Below are positions 1-11,449 of a stretch of 64,000 nt of DNA, piece after piece; positions within the stretch are counted from its first letter, which is position 1, and every line of letters starts with the position of its first letter. Both the position numbers and the translations under genes were made by a program. This stretch comes from Lophium mytilinum (Eukaryota). The notes beneath the pieces were generated by a model. That model made no database searches. It saw only the letters and a program-made list of their open reading frames with translations, and had not been told where the DNA came from. The DNA is taken from the NCBI GenBank assembly GCA_010093605.1, contig MU004186.1:1034616-1098615 (forward strand), in the 5' to 3' direction.

Positions 1-401
1 CTCTGTGTCTGATGAAGCTTTTGAAAAGTCACTCCCATGTCTAAGAAACCTCGATAAGGAAGTTGAGGGTCTGCAATTTTAGAGAAATGACTACGTAAAT
101 AGTAATAGGATCAGCCCCACTATCAAGCACTCACTAGCATTCCGCTCTACGCTAGCTTTAGGAAATTCTGTAAAACGAGGACCTGCATTACTTCGAAAGA
201 AGAGCGTGTTATACGACCTGGTGTTGTTAATGAGAATATACGCGTGATGACGGATCACGTCGACATTGTACATACAAGCCCCGAGGCCCCCCAATAAAAG
301 TAGGAGTGAGGTTGGAGAATTACAATAGGTTCGCAGAGATTGGTTAAGCGATGTCGGTCCGAAGAGTTGCCGAGCAACCTTAAGAATTCAGAAGCTCGAT
401 T

Positions 402-408
402 TGAGTCA
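402..408. promoter_or_regulatory. Gcn4/CpcA (AP-1-type) consensus site TGAGTCA just upstream of ILV3
   Basis: Exact TGAGTCA at 402-408, ~30 nt before the predicted ATG (437). Branched-chain amino-acid genes are classic Gcn4/CpcA targets, but a 7-mer can occur by chance. Confidence 0.45.
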
Positions 409-436
409 CCTCGTCTTACTTCAACCGCAGAAAATC

Positions 437-2299
437 ATGTTGCTTCCACGATTTGGGGCCTCTTTGGCTCGTCCGGCACGCTGCCAGAGCCTCCAATGGC
501 GGCAAATGTATGTCTATCGCTGCAATTGCCTCCAAATTCCCAGAGAAACTCATTAATGTGTTTGCAGGCGGACATTGTCGAGCTCATCACCCCTCCGAAA
601 ACTATCCGACGATGAAATCAACAGCATCAGCAAGCACATTACCCAGCCAAAGTCCCAGGGAGCTTCGCAAGCCATGTTATACGCGACTGGAATGAATGAC
701 GAGGACCTGAACAAGGCCCAAGTTGGGGTATCATCGGTGTGGTATTCAGGAAATCCCTGTAATATGCACTTGATGCAATTGAACAATAAAGTCACTGAGG
801 GGGTGGAAAGGGCGGGGCTCAAGGGGATGCAATTCAACACCATTGGTGTGAGTGACGGCATCTCAATGGGAACCAAGGGAATGCGCTATTCCCTCCAGTC
901 CCGAGATCTTATTGCAGACTCGATTGAGACTGTAATGGGTGGACAATGGTATGATGCGAATATCTCCATTCCTGGATGCGACAAGAACATGCCCGGAGTT
1001 ATAATGGCAATGGGTAGAGTGAATCGGCCATCCCTAATGGTGTATGGAGGTACCATCCAGCCTGGATGCGGAAAGGTCCAGGGCAATTCCTCGATCGACA
1101 TTGTGTCGGCTTTCCAGGCCTATGGTCAGTTCATTACCGGAGAAATAACCGAAGAAAAGAGGAACGATATCATCCACCATGCTTGCCCCGGGCAAGGTGC
1201 CTGCGGAGGCATGTACACCGCCAATACCATGGCCACGGCAATTGAAGTCCTGGGCATGTCTCTTCCGGGATCTTCGTCCAACCCCGCAGACTCAAAGGCT
1301 AAGCAACTAGAGTGCCTTGCTGCTGGTGGCGCAATCAAGAATCTCCTCCGAGAGGACATTCGGCCCAGCGATATTCTTACTCGCCAGGCATTCGAAGATG
1401 CCATGGTCCTTGTCAACATCACTGGAGGTTCAACAAATGCCGTCCTCCATCTGATAGCTATAGCGGATTCTGTTGGCGTCAAGCTCACAATTGACGACTT
1501 CCAAAGTGTTAGCGACAGAATTCCGCTACTCGCAGATCTTAAACCATCCGGGAAGTACGTCATGGCGGATATTTTCGACATTGGTGGAACGCCGGCGCTT
1601 CTGAAATTCCTCCTGAAAGAAGGCCTATTAGACGGAAGCCGTATCACCGTCACTGGAAAGACATTGAAAGAGAATTTGGAAAAGGCTCCAGAGTTCCCAG
1701 CCGACCAACAAATCATCCGACCCCTCAGCAACCCGCTCAAGGAGACTGGCCACATTCAGATTCTCCGCGGTAACCTCGCACCAGGCGGATGTGTTGGGAA
1801 GATCACCGGAAAGGAAGGCCTCCGCTTCGTCGGCAAAGCCAAGGTTTACGATGCCGAAGACGACTTCATCACCGCACTCGAACAGGGTGAGATCAAAAAG
1901 GGCGAGAAGACCGTCGTTGTCATCCGCTACGAGGGTCCAAAGGGCGGCCCGGGCATGCCCGAGATGCTGAAGCCCAGCTCCGCCATCATGGGAGCTGGTC
2001 TCGGGAAGGATGTTGCTCTTCTTACTGATGGGCGTTTTAGCGGTGGAAGCCATGGCTTCCTCATAGGCCACATTGTTCCCGAGGCGCAAGAGGGTGGGCC
2101 GCTTGGCCTTGTTCAGGATGGAGATGAGATCACCATCGATGCGCAGTCTAGGGAGCTGTCTGTGAATGTTAGCGACGAGGAGATGAGCAAGCGGAGGGAA
2201 GGGTGGACCGCACCACCGCTGAAGTATTCGAAGGGCACGTTGTATAAGTATGCTAGGAATGTGACCGATGCTAGCCATGGCTGCATTACTGACGCGTAG
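437..2299 (+). CDS. ILV3: Mitochondrial dihydroxy-acid dehydratase
   Basis: 574-aa ORF with [45 protein letters not shown] motifs. Predicted start ATG at 437 ([16 protein letters not shown], presequence-like) with intron 508-567 (GTATGT...TGCAG). Confidence 0.97.
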
Positions 2300-2669
2300 G
2301 TGGTAAAATCTATCCTATGTACTCGGTAACGCCTTCGGTTTGGTAAAAGCGGGAGTTTGGGCTTTACGTGGTATCTCGGAGGCAGTCATTGAATTCATTT
2401 CCTCATATACCACTGTTCATAGTAAAGTTCGATTGAATCTGTGCTGTCTTCAATGAATATTGTGAAGATGATGCAAAGCTATGATGTGGATATTTTAAGG
2501 CCTGAAATATTTGGATGATGTCGCATCTTATACCACCCCGCATCTGGACCTAGTCTATTCTTTTTGTTGGTTCACGTTGATCAAATGATTGTAGATATAG
2601 TGTTTTTGATGAGGGCGTTTAATGGAGGGGTTTCCTAATAGTACAGTAGTGCGATATATATAACCAAGC

Positions 2670-4318
2670 TTAGTAGAAGCGCTCGAAGAGTTCCTCTTTC
2701 CGCAGCCTCTCGTCAACAGCGTCTAAAACCTTCGTATCATACAGGTCTTCCAGCTTCTTGTCTCCTTTAAGGACCTCCTTTTCGTGTTCTGCCGCCTCCT
2801 CTTTGGTCATACACACAAGGTCTTTTGGCTGTAGGAGTGTGTTCTTCTGACCAGGTGTTCGCTTGTCAACAAAGCCGGCATCGGGCTTCTTCCATCTCGT
2901 CAAACAAAGTCGTGTCGAGAGGCCGCTAATGACGCTCCTGCCACGGTACACATCATCGACGAGGTAGCCCACGTCGTCTTGCGTGATGGGAATGCGGAGA
3001 CCTAGAGCATCCTCGCCTTGAGATCTAGCGAGCCTCTCTTCAAGACCGAGTAGCGAGCCCAAAATTCCGTCGTACATTTTGTCCCGTGCCTTAGAGGTAA
3101 GGTACTCGTGAGGATAGTCGGAGATTTCCAGTATGACGTGGTTCGCAACAGCCAACCCGAAAATTGCTGGCATCGTTCCAAGGACCGGCAATATCCTCAC
3201 TCTGAAATCCGGGAGAACGCCCAACTCGCCCACGCTACCCTTCTTGTACTCCTCCTCGGGTAATGGGAGTAGTTGCGCTTTCCCAGGACCAGTCTTTTCG
3301 CTCGAGAAGACGACGGGAATGCCGTCTTTGACTCCTAAAGCCCGTAGTTTCCGTCTTGTAGATTTAGAAAGTGGGTCGTCTGTGCTAGCTGATATATCAC
3401 CAATAAGGATTCTCGTTGGGTCAGACTTGCATCCGGCGCCCATTGAAGAAATCACAGGGATCTCGTGAGAATGGCAATAGTGCAGCAGCGCTACCTTGCT
3501 TTCAATGTTGTCAATTGCATCAATCACAAAGTCGGGTGCGTGTCCATCAAGTGGTGCTAGTTGGTGATCTGCTGTCTTTTTGCTGAACAATTCGTTGCGG
3601 CAGTCGAAATGTGTCCAGGGCACGACTTGCTCCAGCCGCCTGCGGATGCAGTGGACCTTCGGCGTACCGACGTCTGAGAGGGTGGCAAGGGCATGACGGT
3701 TGAGCGAAGATAGCGTGACTTGGTCGAAGTCGATGAGGCGGATCTTGGATACTCCTGAACGGGCGAGAGCGGCGGCGCAGTGGGATCCTACGCCGCCGCA
3801 GCCGACGACGATGATGAACGATGAGCGGAGCTTTGAAAGGCCTTCGTCCCCTAAGAAAACTCGATTGCGGGCTAGCTGCTCTAGAATGAGGTCTGCAATT
3901 GTTACTATAAAGTTTCTCGAAATAGGTGGTGCGTAATACCGTCATCGTAGTCACCCTGTCTTGCTCGTACGGCTAGTGCCATGCTGTGCTCGTCTTCTTT
4001 GCTTGGAGCAAAGACGTCTGCAGCCGCGCCATACTCTGTAAGCTTCACACGAAAAACTCGTAATTAGTCTTTAAAGTTCATAATTGAATCGTTATGCTGA
4101 AAATTCGAAGATGGTCAAATAAATGCGCTTACTTTTGTTGCTACATGCTCTTGGCTGATATCTGGTATAGACGCCTTCAAATCATGAACCTTAAGTTTCC
4201 GCCTAGCTGTCTGAAAGCCAATGACTGCCCCAGCTGCAATCACGCCTGATACCACGGCGGTCGTAATCAATTGCCCTCTATGGGAAGCTGTGATCCGAGA
4301 AATGAACCATGCTGACAT
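2670..4318 (-). CDS. ThiF/E1-like enzyme, tRNA threonylcarbamoyladenosine dehydratase (TCD1/TCD2-like), multi-exon
   Basis: IVVGCGGVGSH nucleotide-binding loop, IDFDQVTLSSLNRH, VIDAIDNI, SSMGAGCKSDP, DDPLS, VVFSSEK; N-terminal hydrophobic anchor in exon 1 (ATG 4318); introns around 3893-3940 and ~4045-4132. Confidence 0.9.
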
Positions 4319-4552
4319 ATTTAATCCTCGGCAGCTCAAAATGGCACGTCAGCAATTAGTGCCTTAGCCAGTATAGATATAGCGCATAGCGAGCAATTGG
4401 TGAAAAGAAATTGATGGTCTGGCCCGCGATGATTTCATGGTGTTGAATATTAACGCCAAGAGTATTATGTCATCAAGGTGGTCCGAGCGTCACAGCTACT
4501 TCATCACGGTCGACCTGCGACCTCACTTCCTCTCTACAACACGCAACAGCGA

Positions 4553-4600
4553 GTAAGTTTCCGCAACCTCCAAAACTTGTAACCACTAACCATCTCACAG
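4553..4600 (+). other. Spliceosomal intron in an apparently non-coding host transcript divergent from the TCD gene
   Basis: GTAAGT donor (4553), ACTAAC branch (4585-4590), CAG acceptor (4598-4600); no ATG-initiated ORF in the flanking exons. A second, weaker intron may span 4633-4695. Confidence 0.65.
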
Positions 4601-4998
4601 AATCCCATTGACGAAACGCTCACAGAGCTACGGTAGCGGCCCCAGCCACTGCTTCGGCTCGGCAGGGTTTCCATACTGACCGAAACATCGAACAGAAATC
4701 GTAGGGAGCCCCAGCTCTGCTGGGTGCGGGCTGGCCTCGTGCTGTGCTCCACTGCTTGCGTCGTTGCCTTCCTCTCCTACTCGAATTCCAACCGCTACCC
4801 CCGCAGCCCGCTTTGAGCGCGCGATGACGACAATCACTTTACCGAAGCACCCCGCCTACGTTGATCTACGGAGAGACAGGCGCGCGCGCTGCACTGCGGA
4901 ATTAAAATGTAGTTTTCAATCGGAGCGCAGTCTTGGACAACTCGGGCGGTGCCTGGCAGGCGGGTTCGGTGGCGTCGCGAGAGGAGAGTGCGGGAACC

Positions 4999-5133
4999 GT
5001 CCAGTGATGATAGATCCGTTCAGGATCACAAAAGCCAAAATTGACGGGCAACCTGGCGACTTTGTGCTCTGGAAACAGGGTGTGGGGGAGTATGTGGTTG
5101 CCCATGAGAACACAAGAGAGCTAATCTGAGGAC
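4999..5133 (+). ncRNA. Box C/D guide RNA (snoRNA/scaRNA-like), candidate U2 snRNA 2'-O-methylation guide
   Basis: Terminal stem GTCC(4999-5002)/GGAC(5130-5133); box C GTGATGA 5004-5010; D' TTGA 5041-5044; perfect 8-bp stem GGGCAACC(5046-5053)/GGTTGCCC(5096-5103) bringing D' next to C' ATGAGA 5104-5109; box D CTGA 5126-5129. Confidence 0.8.
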
Positions 5134-5612
5134 AATCAAATAAGCGCTGGCCTGAATATGTAGATACAGAGGGAACAGATGGGTTGATCTATTGGTCTCG
5201 ATCGATGGTGGCCATTCCTATGAAATACAACAAGCATCAAGCAATCTTCCTGTCCATTATAATATGTCGTGAAAGCATGCAGTGAAAGAAGTCTTTCTTA
5301 AAAAGTGAGTGTCTGTTGCGGAGAGATCTACGCCTCCACGTTCCATCAATTGAGAACGAGACACATTACTTGCAAAGCGTACCGCGCACGTTCAGCTTCG
5401 AGGATGAATGATTTCTTCTTGGATGGTCTTTTTACGGCATATGATTTACCAATGCCCTTCACCTGAAAGCAGCCCGTATGTTACAGTCATAAAAGTACAT
5501 CATCCCAGCGTCTGACCCCAGGTCTGACCGCTCCTTTTCTACTCGAGGTCCACCCCATAGGCCCAAAAGTCGCCCGGTTTCCTTTGTTTGACCTCCGAAT
5601 GCCCAAATTCTT

Positions 5613-6034
5613 CTAAAATGACGAAGACCCAAATTGCGAGGAACTCGAATTCTTCTGTATCGCCGTGATGTATTGTTGGGAGACGGTATTCCATGCGGTC
5701 ATGTATTTCTGCAAGCAGTTCGAGAAGCAGGTTTCTTCGCCCTTGGAGAGAGAGGTGCCGGGCTTGGGGACGCATCGTTCGAAGCAGTGCTCATTGAGTT
5801 TCTATAGATTCAACAAATTAGCTAGGTTTTATAGAAGACATTGAGATAGTTGCATGCACTCATAGCAATTGGCCGCCAAGCTTAATCGTAAGGCAATGAT
5901 GAAATGGAAAGCTTTACCTCTACTAGCATCTTCGCATTCTGCATAGCAGCCTCTTGTTGGATTTGCCTCATGACCTGGGTTTTGGGGTCGCCAGAGGCGT
6001 ATGCGGACATGCCGGCGCCACCGAGGGAGTCCAT
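5613..6034 (-). CDS. TIM13: Mitochondrial intermembrane-space small Tim chaperone (two exons; missed by the ORF track)
   Basis: Exon 1 6034-5918 MDSLGGAG...QQEAAMQNAKMLVE, intron 5917-5802, exon 2 5801-5613 KLNEHCFERCVPKPGTSLSKGEETCFSNCLQKYMTAWNTVSQQY: twin CX3C motif and the Tim13-type YMxAWNxVS. Confidence 0.92.
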
Positions 6035-6386
6035 GATGCAAAAAAGCTCAGATGAACCGAGAAGATGAAGTTTTATGTCGGGAGGAGGATGCGATTGAAG
6101 GTGAAGCCGCAGGAAGAGTGGTGAACGGTTCGTGGAGTGTTGATGGAATCGATGATGGAACCCTGCTTCTCCGCCGGAGGTTCCAAAGTTTCGCTTCGTC
6201 TTAGCCGCTGATCGCCCTAGGTAAAGGACAGCTGTTTCACACGCGCCTCAAACCATCCTCGTGAGGGCAACCCACCACTCCTTTCCTTTTCTTCTTCCTT
6301 GCGCGGAGTCTATTCTTCACTTCCTAGAGCTATACATTAGCTTCAGATCCCGTTCGTCCCCTTTTAGCGGAGTGAAGGAGCACAGG

Positions 6387-7608
6387 ATGCTGCTCTCACG
6401 ACCATGGACTAGCCTTTGGCTATTGGCGGGGAGTTTGACTGGAGTTCTGGGAATAGGGCTCTCTGAACATCCTGATATCAAGGCGATCGCGGTAGGATCA
6501 TCAGCGTGTGGACAAGATTACAGTGGCTGACGGTTGGTATAGCTACGGACACACAGTCTTGAACCTGTGAGCACACCCCCACAACGAACGCGACTATGAA
6601 TTTGATTCTGACCTGTCCATTCTATAGCCCTATCTCGATTCCGATATGCAAAGTCGTTGGTGGGACTTTGGCGGAGACACCATTGTGCGGACCGACAAAT
6701 ATGTCCGTCTTGCTTCCGACAAGCCCTCGAAAACAGGGTGGATATTCTCGCGCGTACCACTGACAGCCACCAACTGGGAAGTGAGTACACAAGACTGAAA
6801 GGCTTCAATTGAAAATGCTGCAAGGCGCATGTTCCCCAGACTAACCCCCTCCGCAGATCCTCATCGACTTCAAGATCCACGGCCAAGGGAACCTCTACGG
6901 CGATGGCTTCGCAATGTGGCTCACGAAACAGCGGGCGCAGGCCGGACCAGTCTTCGGATCTGTCGACAACTTCGAGGGTCTAGGAATAATCTTCGATACG
7001 TACAAGAACAACCGGCCAGGGACCGTATTCCCCTATGTTCTGGCTGTGATGGGTGATGGGAAGACCCCCTACGATAAGGACAACGACGGCAAGGCCAACG
7101 AGCTGGCTGGCTGCTCTGTACGTTCTCTTTCATATTCATGCGCTGAAATAAGCGCTAACATCACATCTCACAGGCTCGCGGCATGCGCAACCAAAACCAC
7201 GCCACCAAAGCGAAACTGACCTACTTCCAAGACGAATCTTTAAAGCTAGAATTGGCATACAAGAACGAAGACGAATGGACCGAATGCTTCAATATCCCCA
7301 ACGTCAAAGTGCCACCGGTCGCCTACCTGGGCTTCTCCGCAGAGACTGGCGAGCTCTCCGACAACCACGACATCCTCTCTGTTAACACCAAGAATCTCTA
7401 CGTCCATAACTCCGGCACTAATGCCGGCACGAGCGCTCCTAGCAGCCCCGGCAAGGGCGGATCCCGGTACGACAAGTACGCCGCCAAGAAGGAGAAGGGT
7501 AGCTGGACCTGGTTTTTCTTGAAGTTCGTCCTCTTTGGATTGGTGGTTACGGGTGGATATGTTGGCTTTACGGCGTACAGGGCAAGGCAGCGGAGTTCGA
7601 GGTTCTAG
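6387..7608 (+). CDS. L-type (legume-like) lectin, VIP36/ERGIC-53-like type I membrane cargo receptor, multi-exon
   Basis: Signal peptide, WDFGGDTIV, GNLYGDGFAMW, FEGLGIIFDTYKN, YLGFSAETGELSDNHDI, C-terminal TM followed by ...SSRF tail; several short introns. Confidence 0.9.
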
Positions 7609-8254
7609 GCTGAGGTAAGAAAACTATGGCATGGGAGTTCAGTCGGGTTTGGGCGCGGTGTGTATGATCAACTTTGGAAAAGAAGGTGATCAGTGCATGT
7701 GCAGAATCTCAAGCGTTCTGGGAGGGTGGGGACGTTCTTGAAAACACTGGAAGTTCTTCAGTAGCTCACTGAGAGATCTATAACCTCGCAAACAGGTCCA
7801 ATTGGCTATGCTGTGATTCTATGACTCGCTTTATAGGAGACTGTGGGAGACTGGAGTTGATGCTTCCAAATCGTTATGTCAAGCTGTTCAAGTGAGTACA
7901 GTGTCTCCTATATTATTCAGGATTGCAAGAAAGAATCGAGACGGTGCAGCAGCAGAATAAGTATCGTAAAATGAAGACTTCCTCTTGATAGGAAGCGCTC
8001 CGCGACAATCCAGCCTATAAAAATCTGACTCAAAATTAGGATACCCCATCCACGCCCTCATATCCATGTCGTAGCCGTAGGTCCAGTCCAGCTTGTAGAA
8101 GCCGTTTGCAAGAGCTCCAAATCCGTGTGTTGCCATACAAAATTTCATACCTTACCCAACCTTCACGCAGGATCTTTCCCCCCTCCGTTATAGCAACCAA
8201 GTCCGAAAAGGAGTTAATTCTTTTGCCGCCCCCTTTTACTTCAAATCGAATCGC

Positions 8255-9277
8255 TCAAGCATTCGATCTCCGTGGTCGCTTGTTGTCCCCGTGGACCAAT
8301 TCATCCCCGCCACGTCTCTTTCGTGCACCTGGAAGGTAGTATATCTTCGTTCCGCTCACGCCCGGCACCGAGAAGCCCACGTTGAGCCACTTGGGGATTG
8401 CGACACGTTTGACCGGTGCTGTCAAATACTCGACTGCCTGTAATGAAAGCTCAGCCAGCTTTGATGACGAGATATTTTCCATATCAAGTGGGTAATCGAC
8501 AAAGTATGACAAGATACACGCTATCGTCAAGTCGACATGCTTCAGGTTTGGACACATTCTTTCGAAGGTAGCGATAGCCCTCTCAATCGTAAGTGCTAGC
8601 TTATCAGCCTCCCAGCACGTTGTGCGCATATCGTATTGTAAGCGTTGGAACTTTTGGGTGATATCCGGCGGAACGTAAAGAAGCGCGTCAAAATCTAGTC
8701 CGTACTGGCAGAATCTGATAGGACGACCAGTCGTGAACACGTTTCGTTCGTAGAATCGTGCCTCTGCTTCACGGTGAACCTGTTGGCTGACTGCGAAAAG
8801 GGCGAGGCTTTTTAGACGATTAGCACCACACCAGCCGCTGCGAAGTCTGGAATCGCGCCTGAAATCGCGGTCGAAATTGCGCTCTATTGTGCCTCTGGCT
8901 GTGAGGGCGAGTTCGTAGATCATGGTGCGCACTTCACCGGGCAAATCGAGAAAGCTTAGACGACTCGAGTCGATCTTCGTCCATCCTTGGATCTCGTGAG
9001 AGCAGTGGCCTTCGGTATATTCGGTTCGCCATTCGATTGTCGTTCTGGCGCCCTTGGGGCCAAGGTACTGCATCTCAAGGTCTGCGAAGAGTTCGCTAAT
9101 GTGTGGTAGTCCAACCCGGTCTGCCATCTTGCCCTGCCCTATGAACTTCGCACACCCGTCACGGAGCCGGCTCCTGTACGAGATTTGGTAGGGAATGCTG
9201 TCCACGCGAAAAAAATCCATTTTTATCACGACTTGTGTGGCTAATGTTCCTGATGTAACCAAATCAGTAAATGTCAC
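8255..9277 (-). CDS. Hypothetical protein with F-box-like/2EXR-like motif
   Basis: 340-aa ORF containing LSFLDLPGEVRTMIY. A branch/acceptor (TACTGAT...CAG) near 9250 suggests an upstream exon, so the true start is uncertain. Confidence 0.55.
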   Translation of the reverse strand: MTFTDLVTSGTLATQVVIKMDFFRVDSIPYQISYRSRLRDGCAKFIGQGKMADRVGLPHISELFADLEMQYLGPKGARTTIEWRTEYTEGHCSHEIQGWTKIDSSRLSFLDLPGEVRTMIYELALTARGTIERNFDRDFRRDSRLRSGWCGANRLKSLALFAVSQQVHREAEARFYERNVFTTGRPIRFCQYGLDFDALLYVPPDITQKFQRLQYDMRTTCWEADKLALTIERAIATFERMCPNLKHVDLTIACILSYFVDYPLDMENISSSKLAELSLQAVEYLTAPVKRVAIPKWLNVGFSVPGVSGTKIYYLPGARKRRGGDELVHGDNKRPRRSNA

Positions 9278-10163
9278 CTTATGCGTAAGACCTCCAGCCG
9301 TTATGCTTCAACTTACAACTTGCGGAACCTTGCGTCTGAGGCACGTTGGCTAGACTCGATAAGATGATGGGCCAGAGTCGATAAGCGGATGGAGGGAGTA
9401 AACGTGAAAGTGATGTCCTGGAACTATTTATTGTGAGTAGGCCGCGACGCGCACGTGGCACAAATATCGTTCCCTGGTTGAGTAAAACAGTACCAAATCT
9501 AGCCTGGTAGGCTAAGCAATGGTCCGGAATCAAAGTCTTGGTGTCACGAAACAAGGAGCTGTAGGCCGTGTATGTGATGTATTGGATGATGCTGATGTTG
9601 TAGGAGAGAAGCGGTTCGGAGGAAGGGGAGGCTATATACAAAAGGTAACGTGCGCCTGCCTGCCCTAGCTTCCATCGCTACTCGCTAACACTTAGAGCTT
9701 GATCAAATATTCTCAGGCTTCTTAAGATCTCGTAAGCAGCGGGATAACTTAGTATAAAGAGCTAAGGAGATGCGCCGTAGACAGAAAATGAATGAGGGAG
9801 TTGATGCGTCCAATTTGAAAAAATTAACCAATCAGAAAGGTGTATCGTGGTGCTACCTGGTCTGAGTTCTGCATAGAAGGGTGCTCTGATGCTCACATGG
9901 AATAGCTTGGAAAGCTGGATGTAAACTTTTATACCTAAATAAACAGTTTTACACCTTTGATCCTAAAAAAAGACTGGACTTACGTAGTTGAGTACTACAA
10001 GACCTTGGAACTCTCTCCATTGGCCCACCCTAACCTTAGTGTACATGAACTAACGACCTTCTAGAGCGCATTCTCCCACGTAGGCACACCTTCCGTGTAG
10101 AGCTAATCTTGGAACGCATCTCTTCCATTCCTCGGTAGCGTAGCATGTCAAAACCCAGGCCGG

Positions 10164-11449
10164 CTAATTGAGCGGCTTATGTGGCTTCAACTCCGTCATG
10201 ATATCCGCGCCACCGTCTTGCATACCAACCCTCATCCAATCCGGAAGTGCCCTCGTCGGCGGGGAGATATAAGCAAAAGCAGGGATTGAAAGATTCTGCG
10301 CCTTTCCACTCCACAGCACATTTGATATACATTCACCAAGGTCTTCAGGCTTGAGGGTCGGCATGAAGAAATTCGAGGGACCCTTGATCCCGGTGAACAT
10401 CTTCGTCTTGACCGCTGAGGGACAGAGACAGGAGAGCCGGACTTATACAGGTTAGAACTTGTTTGAATGGAAAGTTTGTAATCTTAAAGTTCAGGCTTAC
10501 CGGCAGGTGCTTTGTAGTTGTGCTTCATCTCAGTCTGAAGGCCTTCATAGATGGAGATTGCAGCCGCTTTGGTGGCGGCGTAGTCTGTGACACCTGCGGT
10601 GGCTAGATGACCGGTCTGAGATGCAATGATAAGGAAGTGGCCGTGGTTCGCTTGCACCATTTTCGGAAGGAAGGCCTTCGCCGTCCATATAACTCCAAGG
10701 TTATTCACTCCGAAGGTCCTGCAGAGACGTTAGGAAACCAAATTACGGAGGGTCTTAGGATTAGGTTTCTTACAATTCGATGTCGCGTTTGGTTGCTTCT
10801 AGGATTGGCTTTCCTCGACATATTCCGGCACAGGCGACTACGCATGTAGGATCACCTACCTCTCTACATCACAGAGATTAGCAAAAAGTTGACCCGTGAG
10901 CCTAGGAGAAATGACCTACTTAGATATCTTAGCCGCAACTGCGAAGACTGCCTCGTAATTGCTCAAATCACACTTATAGTAGTACACATTCGAAGCTACA
11001 CCAGTCAGTGAACGTAGATCTCGTCATTGCTTCCATAAATCGAGAAACTCACGTTTGGTAAAGGTAAGATCCAACACATCGATGACTACTACTTTAGAGC
11101 CTCTCGAGGCAAGCTTCTGCACCGTTGCAGCTCCAATACCTCCAGCACCGCCCGTGACGACAATGATTTCTTTATCCCAGTCATACTTGTCGCTCACTCC
11201 GTTATTAAGGGCCCTCCTGCTCAACGCACGATTCGTCCGTAGCAAAAGGCCCAGTGCTATCACTACAACGGCTTTCTGGAGGATTGGCGGTAATGGTCGC
11301 GCAATAGTGTAAGGAATCAGTCCATCGCTTGGTAGCAAAACGAATTTGTTGTCTGTAAAATAGTGGATTGCAGCTGTCCCAAGCGCTGCCAACCACGGAT
11401 TGAGAATGGTTTTGTCGACCAAGAGTAAAAGATCCCCAATTGACACCAT
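10164..11449 (-). CDS. Short-chain dehydrogenase/reductase (retinol dehydrogenase-like), multi-exon
   Basis: IVVTGGAGGIG Rossmann motif, catalytic YAATK, N-terminal hydrophobic segment; exon fragments appear in three ORF-track entries. Confidence 0.88.

Noticed and set aside
1126..2278. Long antisense ORFs over ILV3 (and similar ones over SNU66, SYT1, MRPL24)
   Set aside because: Shadow ORFs caused by codon bias of the real genes.
5010..5063. U13/snR45 identity for the C/D RNA (GAUCC-GUUCA and AACCU..CGACUUU resemble complements of the 18S 3' end)
   Set aside because: Matches are short and broken, lie downstream of box C rather than upstream, and are partly buried in stems. The U2 matches sit in canonical guide positions.
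4764..5129. 121-aa ORF as a protein-coding gene
   Set aside because: No recognisable motif; its stop coincides with box D of the C/D RNA, and the region is better explained by RNA structure.
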